From Candidatus Beckwithbacteria bacterium (GTDB lineage: Bacteria > Patescibacteriota > Microgenomatia > UBA1400 > UBA1449): 64,000 nt of DNA. Below, in pieces: positions 57,242 through 64,000 of this stretch. Under the pieces are notes generated by a model. The model was not told the DNA's origin. It saw only the letters and a program-made list of their open reading frames with translations, and ran no database searches. The translations under genes were made by a program, and so were the position numbers. The stretch lies in the NCBI GenBank assembly GCA_012797845.1, contig JAAZOH010000016.1:7733-71732 (forward strand), read 5' to 3'. How positions within the stretch are numbered: the stretch's first letter is position 1; each line of letters starts with the position of its first letter.

Positions 57242-58248
57242 AAAAAAAATATATCTTTATACTTATAATAGCTCTTGTAATTATAGTTATTGTTGGGATT
57301 ATATTAGCTTGGCAAAAACAAACTAATCAAATTGCAGTTAATACCCTTCCTAAACCTTCAGTTAAACCTACTACCACTCAACTTAATCTTACATATCAAT
57401 ATGTAGGTGAACTGCCAACATTTAACAAGCAAATTACAATTTACAGTACTGGGAAAGACGAAGCATTTTCATCACAGGAAATTCAGGAATATGGTCAAAA
57501 ATTTGGTTTTACCAACAGTTCAAAGCAGTTACAAGATATTTCTGGTATTGTGTATTCTTTCAAACAAAATGATTTGTCATTGAGCATATTTTCAAACCCA
57601 CCTTCATTATCATACCGTAATTTTACTTCTCCAGGTTCAAACAAGCTTAGTCAAAAAGATTTGGTTGCTAAAGCCCAGGAGTTCTTGGATACCGCTCAAA
57701 TAATAGGTAAACAGGTTATGTTAAGCACTCCCTATTTACAACCAATTGCTGGTAGTCAAACTGGAGAAGGTCTTTTAAAAACAACGATGGATCAAGCTAG
57801 TTATGTAGAAATAAACTATAATTTAGTTCTTGATAAGCTGCCAATTATCCCTAAAGACCGTCAAAGTTATCCAATTACATTGCTACTCAATTTGGATGGA
57901 AGTATTCGCAAGGCTAGTCTAACAATTTTTACTAAAGAACTTTCTTCTCTTGGTAAAGTCACACCTGCAGAACCAGCAGCTGCCCTTCAGGCTATTAATG
58001 CTGGTGGTGGTTTACTAAGTAAATTTAGCAACCCCAACCAAGCTTATACTGAAATTGATAGCAATATGATTTCTACAGCTACTCTTAGGTCGTTGGAATT
58101 GGTTTATTTGTATGATTATGATACAAATACTCTCCAACCCTACTATCGTTTTTCCGGAACTGCAAATACCACAAGTGCTGAATTGATTGAAATTGAAGTG
58201 TTAATTACTGCCTTACCACAGGAGGTCTTTCAACAAGAAAACAATTAG
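57238..58248 (+). CDS. Bitopic membrane protein (336 aa), unknown function; start overlaps upstream stop (ATGA)
   Basis: N-terminal TM (IFILIIALVIIVIVGIILAW) followed by a Ser/Thr/Asn-rich extracytoplasmic domain. Confidence 0.45.
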   Translation: MKKKYIFILIIALVIIVIVGIILAWQKQTNQIAVNTLPKPSVKPTTTQLNLTYQYVGELPTFNKQITIYSTGKDEAFSSQEIQEYGQKFGFTNSSKQLQDISGIVYSFKQNDLSLSIFSNPPSLSYRNFTSPGSNKLSQKDLVAKAQEFLDTAQIIGKQVMLSTPYLQPIAGSQTGEGLLKTTMDQASYVEINYNLVLDKLPIIPKDRQSYPITLLLNLDGSIRKASLTIFTKELSSLGKVTPAEPAAALQAINAGGGLLSKFSNPNQAYTEIDSNMISTATLRSLELVYLYDYDTNTLQPYYRFSGTANTTSAELIEIEVLITALPQEVFQQENN

Positions 58249-58320
58249 TGGAATCGGAAGGACTCGAACCTTCAACCACCAAGGTATAAGCTTGGAGCTC
58301 TACCATTGAGCTACGATTCC
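58249..58320 (-). tRNA. tRNA with anticodon UAU (tRNA-Ile2-like, reads AUA)
   Basis: Cloverleaf folded by hand: acceptor GGAATCG/CGATTCC, D-arm GCTC-AATGGTA-GAGC, anticodon arm CCAAG-CTTATAC-CTTGG, T-arm GAAGG-TTCGAGT-CCTTC. 72 nt, CCA not encoded. Confidence 0.7.
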
Positions 58321-58386
58321 AATTAGCAACAGGGGAATTATACCAAGGAAGTGGCTCTATTGTGAAATAGCACAGAAGTAAAGAGA

Positions 58387-60717
58387 TTATAATCTGGCCC
58401 GCTGGGCAATTTCTGCTCCTACTAAATCCGCATCTTTACCATATTTAAGTCGGGATAACTGAGTAATCATTTCAGCTAGTTGTTTGTTGCGCATTTTATT
58501 GTAGACCTCCATATTTTTAGTTAGATCTAGAGTAAACGGAGGAACAGGCTCATTATTAACAATAGTTTTAATAATTAAATTGTATCGTTCAATATTGATA
58601 AGATCTGTTTCGGTAAAGGTAGGCTGAAATTCATGCTGGAGATAATTGGCATCAGTTACCCCAACTCGGAAAGAAGCAATCGTACCCACATTACCAAAAA
58701 TAGCATTTTTTACCTCATCTTCTATTTGACCAATAAATTGATTAGCTACTACTAGGTTCAGATGGTATTTCCGAGCTTCAGATAAGATCTGGGCAAAGTC
58801 GGGGGTAGCAAAATTTTGAAACTCATCAACATAGAGATAAAAATCTGGCCGTTGTTCTTCAGGTACATCTTGCCTGCTCATCGCTGCGATCAGAATTTTT
58901 GGCACCAAAACCAAGCCTAAAAAATTAGAATTTTCTTCGCCGATCCGGCCTTTAGCTAAGTTGATAAGAAGGATTTTACGCTCATCCATGACCTTGCGAA
59001 AATCAAAAGCTGAATGGCTTTGGCCAATAATATTTCGCATCATTTTATCCGTCACGAAGCGGCCGAATTTAGAGGCAATGTAGTCTAAAACTTCAGATTT
59101 ATGAAAGTCAGAGGTTTGGGCAATCTGGTCAGTCCAGTATCGCCTGACCATTGGATCTTTGACTTTGGGCAGCAGTTCTTGGACATATTTTGGATCGGTT
59201 AAAATACGCACTACTTCTACAAAAGAAGCTCCATCTTCTACCATGACAGTCAACATAGCATTACGGATAGCATGTTCAAATCGAGGCCCAATAATACCTG
59301 TTTTATGCGGGTCATAGAGTTTATACATTAGACCAATAATAGCTGAAGCAATAAAGTGTTGTTGTTGCTCAGTTTTAGCTTCCATAATGTTCATACCCAA
59401 AGGCCGATCTAAATCTGCAGGATTAAAGTAAATCACGTCTTCTGCTCGCTCCGGGGGAATCATTTCCAATAGCTTTTCAACTGTATCATGAGGGTCAATA
59501 AAACAAACTCCACGACCAGCTCTAATATCTTGCAAAATAAGATCAGTCAACATTTCTGATTTCCCAGTCCCAGTTTTTCCAATGATGTACATATGACGTT
59601 GTCTATCTATATCTTGAATATAGACTGGTCTTGAGCTACCCCGAGCTATATTTTTCCCAAGATAAGTGCCTGAACTAGCAATTCCGGCTGGAGCTGGCAT
59701 CCGCTTAGCTGAAAGCCAATAGATGTGTGGAGTTTCTACGCTTTTGTTTGGTAAGTGGAAAAGGGTAGCTAATTCTTCTGAAGATAAAACTGATTTACCA
59801 TCAAAAAGTGGCTGGTAGCGGTAAATAAAATCAATCATAAAAAAGTATTTAAATAAGTGCCATTTGGGAGTTCTTAAAGTATTTAAATCAGAAGCAAACT
59901 GTTTGAATGTCCCTACAATATTTTTTAAATGCATTTTAGCCCTAGGCATATCTGGAGCTGAAACCACAACTCTAATAGTGGTTTCAAAGCCAGGTTTAGA
60001 ACACTTATTTTCAATAGCATCATAAGTCTTTGGATCAATATTGTACTTAGCTTTTTCTGGATCAGATTCATTCTTTTTGGTTCGCGATATATAACCTTTA
60101 CCCATATGACTCCATTTCGGTCCAGTAGGTGCAATAATAATTTGTACAACTGCTCCTTCATCATCTCCCATCTTAGCCAACGCTGAAGTGATAGAAGACA
60201 ATGGGTCTGTTGGTAAGTCTTTATAAACTTTAAGGGGATTGTAATTGCTTGATTTGAGATAAAGATTATCAAAAGCCACTTTACCTTTTTCTGTAAAAAT
60301 ATTATATTCATCTATTTCACGAATATCGGCTCCGGGATATGCTCCATAAAGCTGTTTTTCCACCAAGTCTTGCAAATGACTAGGCACGGCTACATAAAAT
60401 TTAATCTCTTCTTTTTTGGCTACAATTTCAAAAGACAAATGGTCTTGGGCAGACAACCAGGCTTTAAAACCAATTTTAAAAATTGAATGCAATGAAGCAA
60501 ACATTTGTTCAGCTGCGTCAATTTTGGTTTCATTTTCCCGAGGTACACGTATCTGTAATAAAACCATGTCCAATGATACTTCTTCTCTTTTTCTGAATTT
60601 TAAAAGTAGAATCAGCACATACCCTACTCCAGCTATGCCTCCAATTGCTAGTAAACCAATAATAAGTACTACTGCAAAATACTGAATTTGAGATAAGAAA
60701 GTTGCAAGATCTGCCAT
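58387..60717 (-). CDS. Membrane-anchored VirB4/TraC-like (FtsK/HerA-superfamily) secretion ATPase
   Basis: N-terminal TM hairpin (FAVVLIIGLLAIGGIAGVGYVLILLL), Walker A YIIGKTGTGKSE near residue ~385, Walker B LYVDEFQNFAT. Size (776 aa) and motif placement are VirB4-like. Confidence 0.55.
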   Translation of the reverse strand: MADLATFLSQIQYFAVVLIIGLLAIGGIAGVGYVLILLLKFRKREEVSLDMVLLQIRVPRENETKIDAAEQMFASLHSIFKIGFKAWLSAQDHLSFEIVAKKEEIKFYVAVPSHLQDLVEKQLYGAYPGADIREIDEYNIFTEKGKVAFDNLYLKSSNYNPLKVYKDLPTDPLSSITSALAKMGDDEGAVVQIIIAPTGPKWSHMGKGYISRTKKNESDPEKAKYNIDPKTYDAIENKCSKPGFETTIRVVVSAPDMPRAKMHLKNIVGTFKQFASDLNTLRTPKWHLFKYFFMIDFIYRYQPLFDGKSVLSSEELATLFHLPNKSVETPHIYWLSAKRMPAPAGIASSGTYLGKNIARGSSRPVYIQDIDRQRHMYIIGKTGTGKSEMLTDLILQDIRAGRGVCFIDPHDTVEKLLEMIPPERAEDVIYFNPADLDRPLGMNIMEAKTEQQQHFIASAIIGLMYKLYDPHKTGIIGPRFEHAIRNAMLTVMVEDGASFVEVVRILTDPKYVQELLPKVKDPMVRRYWTDQIAQTSDFHKSEVLDYIASKFGRFVTDKMMRNIIGQSHSAFDFRKVMDERKILLINLAKGRIGEENSNFLGLVLVPKILIAAMSRQDVPEEQRPDFYLYVDEFQNFATPDFAQILSEARKYHLNLVVANQFIGQIEDEVKNAIFGNVGTIASFRVGVTDANYLQHEFQPTFTETDLINIERYNLIIKTIVNNEPVPPFTLDLTKNMEVYNKMRNKQLAEMITQLSRLKYGKDADLVGAEIAQRARL

Positions 60718-60754
60718 AACAAACTAATACCCAAGTTTTAGAATCATCATATTA

Positions 60755-60773
60755 GGTACTATTTTATAGTACC
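60755..60773. promoter_or_regulatory. Perfect palindrome GGTACTAT-TTT-ATAGTACC 38 nt upstream of the VirB4-like gene start; operator candidate
   Basis: 8-bp inverted repeat with 3-nt spacer, read directly from the sequence. Confidence 0.3.
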
Positions 60774-60801
60774 ATTCTTGGTAAGAAAGAAGAATTGCTA
60801 T

Positions 60802-61407
60802 TTATTCCTGCTTAAAAAATACTCGTCCCGGATAGAGCAAAATATTACGATGACACCACTCTGCCAACCACCGCACTGAATCAGCTACTTTATGATGAAA
60901 AGCTTTTTCTATTTCTTCTTCTGATACTGGTAAAGTAATATTGGGTTTAGAAATTTGAGTAGCTTGAACCAGCAAGTCTCCATATTCATCTTCCACCGGC
61001 TTTGGTAAAGTAATGGTTTGAGGATTGGGAGTAGGTTTGACAAATTCGGCTATTTCCCCACTCGGTTCAAAATCAGCTTGAACTTCCCGGATTGGAACCC
61101 GCTCTGGGCTAGGGGTGCCAACCTGTTCATCTTGACGTTCTTTGTCCCGGGTTTGTGTAATTTGATTGGTTGTATCATCTGAAGCATCATCAGAAAACTG
61201 GCTAGTTTGTTGGCCAAGTAATGATTGTAAGCTTGGTCGCACTTGAGTAGTGCTTTGCTTTTGTTGTGCTTGTTGTTGTATTGTATGAAGTTTGTCTTCT
61301 TCGCTTTGCTTAGTCTGGGCTTCTAGTGTGGCAATCTCATCCTGAAGTTGATGAGTAATTTGAACCACTTGTTGATCATCTGGAATTTGAGCAGTTGGAT
61401 CATCCAT
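60802..61407 (-). CDS. Gln/Thr-rich low-complexity protein (201 aa), unknown function
   Basis: ORF upstream of and co-oriented with the VirB4-like gene. The N-terminal half is Q-rich; the C-terminal 60 aa are globular. Confidence 0.35.
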   Translation of the reverse strand: MDDPTAQIPDDQQVVQITHQLQDEIATLEAQTKQSEEDKLHTIQQQAQQKQSTTQVRPSLQSLLGQQTSQFSDDASDDTTNQITQTRDKERQDEQVGTPSPERVPIREVQADFEPSGEIAEFVKPTPNPQTITLPKPVEDEYGDLLVQATQISKPNITLPVSEEEIEKAFHHKVADSVRWLAEWCHRNILLYPGRVFFKQE

Positions 61408-61419
61408 ACTTTTATGATA

Positions 61420-61992
61420 TCAAAAATCTAAACCTTCTAAAGCTGGAATTCCCTGATCATAGGGATGTTTTACTTTTTTCATGTCTGTCACCAAATCAGC
61501 CAACGTAATAATATCTGAATGAGCATTGCGACCAGTGAGAACCAGGTGAGTTTTTTTTCGTAAGCCAATCAATTCTTTAACGCTTTTTAAGCTAATCAGC
61601 TTTTCATACAAAGCATTGTTAATCTCATCACAAATCAGCACGTCATATTTTTGCATCTTTAAAATTTCTTGAGCTTTTGTCAACGCTGCATCAGCCGCTA
61701 GTTTATGTTCTTCTTCACTAACCTTGTCAACAATGACAGCACCTGTTTTTAACCTTTTAGTTCTTAATTTTAAGTTCTTAGTTTTTAGATGAAAGCCCTT
61801 GCCCAATAAAAATACATCAATAGGTAAAAGTTTGACTATATTACTCTCACAAGTCTGCCAGGAAGCTTGTTTATACCAAGCTACCCAAGCAACTTTTAAG
61901 TTGGCACAACAGGCTCGTAAAGCTACCCCTAAAGCAGCTGAGGTTTTGCCTTTACCATCACCAGTAAAAATATATAGGAGACCTTGCTTCAT
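61420..61992 (-). CDS. ATP:cob(I)alamin adenosyltransferase, CobA/BtuR family
   Basis: P-loop FTGDGKGKTSAALGVALRA and conserved C-terminal VKHPYDQGI ... GLDF, aligning with BtuR. Confidence 0.65.
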   Translation of the reverse strand: MKQGLLYIFTGDGKGKTSAALGVALRACCANLKVAWVAWYKQASWQTCESNIVKLLPIDVFLLGKGFHLKTKNLKLRTKRLKTGAVIVDKVSEEEHKLAADAALTKAQEILKMQKYDVLICDEINNALYEKLISLKSVKELIGLRKKTHLVLTGRNAHSDIITLADLVTDMKKVKHPYDQGIPALEGLDF

Positions 61993-62004
61993 ATAAGATA
62001 TGAT

Positions 62005-62673
62005 TTAATCTTTATATCCAGTTTCTTGCAAAACTTTATCTTGCCAAGCTGATTGTAACACTACCCCAAACTGCTCAAGAAAATCAGCAGTCTTGGCAAG
62101 TGGCAAACCAACCACGCTAGTATAACTACCTTCAATAGTGTCAAAAAGTTCATCTTTCATATCCTGGATACTATATGAACCAGCATGGTCTAGTAAAAAT
62201 TCTTGAGCCGACCACTTGTCAATAAATTTTTTAGAAAGATTTTTAAAGGTCATATGGCTCAACTCAAAATCAGTTCCAAAATGACTTGAAGTACTTTGTA
62301 ACACGCATAAACCGGTATACACCTGATGAGTTTTACCGCTGAGAAATGATAAGGTTTGAGCAATTTCAGCTTTATCTTTTGGCTTGCCAATGATTTGCCA
62401 GGTCTCATTAATAACTGTAGCACTGGGTAAAACTTGACTGGTATCGGCAATAGCCACAATTGTATCAGCGGCAATAATAATAGAGTTAGGCACTTTTTCA
62501 CCGCCAGCTTTAGCCTTAGCTAAGCTAAGTTTTACAACCAATTCTTCTGGGTTTCTAGCTAGTTTAGCAAAAGCAGTTTCATTGATTTGACTAGGTTTGA
62601 TTTCAAAATCTTTTATGAGCCAAGATAGTAATTTTTGGCGGCGTTTTGAAGCTGAAGCTAAGATAATATTCAT
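62005..62673 (-). CDS. maf: Maf-family nucleoside triphosphate pyrophosphatase
   Basis: ILASASKRRQKLL N-terminal motif and the conserved acidic core. Confidence 0.75.
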   Translation of the reverse strand: MNIILASASKRRQKLLSWLIKDFEIKPSQINETAFAKLARNPEELVVKLSLAKAKAGGEKVPNSIIIAADTIVAIADTSQVLPSATVINETWQIIGKPKDKAEIAQTLSFLSGKTHQVYTGLCVLQSTSSHFGTDFELSHMTFKNLSKKFIDKWSAQEFLLDHAGSYSIQDMKDELFDTIEGSYTSVVGLPLAKTADFLEQFGVVLQSAWQDKVLQETGYKD

Positions 62674-64000
62674 AATGTAAAGATATACATATAATCCTGA
62701 TTTTTTAACTTAAGAGTTTTGATATATCGACTAGGCCAGTCAATTTGTTTTGCTAATGTGGCTAAAATCTGATCCGGTTTTTCCAAACTATTACTTATAA
62801 CATAGATTGCATCTAAATGGTCATAGTCATTGGCAGGAGCAACTTGAGTGTTAGCTATATCAAAAAAATAACGGTACGGCAGGGCCATATATTCCCCATC
62901 TGGTTTTATAGAAATAAGGTTATATTTTTGACCACTACTTTGCATGTCAATTTCCCAAGCTAAATTTTTAAAATCCTGAATTTGCCAGGTCAGTGGTTTT
63001 AAAAAGTTGTAAGCTGGCCATTGTAAAAAGATAAAGCCTACTACTATTGACAAAACATATATAGATTTTACTTTTTTAAAGTAGCAATCAACTACCAAGC
63101 CAATTAGTAGAAACGGCAAAAAGTACATAAAGCTAAAGTAGTGTTGGGCAGTTTTCGGCAGCAAGCTCAAACCTAAAACTCCAAAGAGATAGTAAAAAAC
63201 ACTTAAATACCAAATTTTGGTTTTGGAAGACTTAGCTGCCAAAATAAGCAGGCCAGCCGAAACCAGGGAACTTAGCCAGTTAGTTTGGGTAAAGCCCAGC
63301 AGGCCAGCCAGGCTTTGGCTAAAAACTCGGAACAGGTGACCGGCAAAACCCTGCATACCCAAGCTAACCGTTGTCCCGGAAAATTGCAGCAGCAGCTGTA
63401 TGTTCGGTAGACCGTTAATTAACTCAGAATAAATAAACGACGATAAAACGAGCAAAAAAAGACCTAAACTTTGCAAGCCTGGTTTGAGTAATTTATAAAG
63501 TTTTTTGTCCTTCTTAATAGCTAACCATAACACAACAGCTATAGCTGGAATTATAAAAATAGAACTATAATGCAGTTGTAAACAAATACCCAAAAGCAAT
63601 CCTATCCAAGGCAAGACTTTGAAGTTTTTGTTTTGAAGAAGTTGCCATAGGCAGTAAAACAGTAGCAAAGCAAATAGTGGCAAAATATTGGGTTGCCAGG
63701 CAAAACGGGCATGATTTAGGATCGGTGCTGAAAAAGCATATAGACTTGTAATCAGCAAAGTGGTGGTTTTATTAAAAATTTTTTGGCTAAAAAAATATAA
63801 AAAACCAATTGTGACCAGGCTTAACACAATTGTAAAATAGGTCATTCCTAATGGATTAAAATTTGCTAACCAAAGAGCTGGTGCCATCAGGTAGTAGTAA
63901 AACGGACCAAGGTGGATATTTCCTAAAGAACTAGTTGGACCAAGTAAGGGGAAATGGCCTTGAAAAAGATACCAGATAGCATAGCTGTCCCTAGCTTCAT
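62670..64000 (-). CDS. GT-C fold (PMT_2/ArnT-like) membrane glycosyltransferase, N-terminus beyond window end
   Basis: The reading frame is open to position 64000 upstream of the annotated ATG (...EARDSYAIWYLFQGHFPLLGPTSSLGNIHLGPFYYYLMAPALW...). It is polytopic and paralogous to the 8.7-14.4 kb genes. Confidence 0.45.
   Translation of the reverse strand, partial: EARDSYAIWYLFQGHFPLLGPTSSLGNIHLGPFYYYLMAPALWLANFNPLGMTYFTIVLSLVTIGFLYFFSQKIFNKTTTLLITSLYAFSAPILNHARFAWQPNILPLFALLLFYCLWQLLQNKNFKVLPWIGLLLGICLQLHYSSIFIIPAIAVVLWLAIKKDKKLYKLLKPGLQSLGLFLLVLSSFIYSELINGLPNIQLLLQFSGTTVSLGMQGFAGHLFRVFSQSLAGLLGFTQTNWLSSLVSAGLLILAAKSSKTKIWYLSVFYYLFGVLGLSLLPKTAQHYFSFMYFLPFLLIGLVVDCYFKKVKSIYVLSIVVGFIFLQWPAYNFLKPLTWQIQDFKNLAWEIDMQSSGQKYNLISIKPDGEYMALPYRYFFDIANTQVAPANDYDHLDAIYVISNSLEKPDQILATLAKQIDWPSRYIKTLKLKNQDYMYIFTL

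Noticed and set aside
34760-61407. Integrative conjugative element / genomic island anchored at the tRNA
   Set aside because: No integrase, excisionase, relaxase, VirD4 coupling protein or obvious att direct repeats are visible, and AT-richness looks similar to the flanks by eye. The idea is kept only as something to test.
1-64000. CRISPR arrays, IS elements/transposases, rRNA genes
   Set aside because: No regularly spaced direct repeats, no transposase-like ORFs with terminal inverted repeats, and no rRNA-like conserved stretches were found on reading the sequence.

Overview
This is an AT-rich, gene-dense bacterial window. Its overall content (short IF-2, a Lon protein lacking its protease domain, many low-complexity tails, an archaeal-type mevalonate operon) suggests a streamlined, possibly Patescibacteria/CPR-like or reduced Gram-positive-like genome; this is inference only. 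Standard genetic code 11 appears to apply, since TAA, TGA and TAG all terminate clearly conserved proteins.

Segments, left to right:
- 1-8.7 kb: housekeeping genes, namely the alaS 5' end, YtxH/DUF948 stress-like membrane proteins, RodZ, FtsK, a methyltransferase, RNase J, and a Lon-like ATPase with no protease domain.
- 8.7-15.4 kb: a surface-glycosylation-type cluster of three GT-C (PMT/ArnT-like) membrane glycosyltransferases, a SAM methyltransferase and an ANT(6)-like nucleotidyltransferase.
- 15.5-24.3 kb: pnp-rpsO, two unknowns, infB, nusA, and a MiaB-like methylthiotransferase split by a single in-frame TAA.
- 25.0-34.7 kb: one long minus-strand operon carrying a complete mevalonate pathway. 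It reads polyprenyl synthase, ECF sigma, a small membrane protein, HMG-CoA reductase, archaeal-type HMG-CoA synthase, thiolase, a DUF35-like OB-fold protein, a tandem-Nudix IDI-like protein, two GHMP kinases, and MVD.
- 34.8-61.4 kb: the most unusual part, a secretion/pilus-like locus. It holds seven tandem paralogous VirB2/TrbC-like pilin genes, a 1129-aa Cys-rich secreted protein, a VirB6/TrbL-like polytopic membrane protein, and giant proteins of 984, 1785 and 911 aa. The 1785-aa protein ends in a GT-A (DxD) glycosyltransferase-like domain and the 911-aa protein ends in an M23 peptidase domain. A membrane HExxH protein, a tRNA(UAU) and a VirB4-like membrane ATPase complete the locus.
- 61.4-64.0 kb: corrinoid adenosyltransferase, Maf, and another GT-C membrane protein that runs off the window.

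No CRISPR array, IS element, integrase or rRNA was seen.
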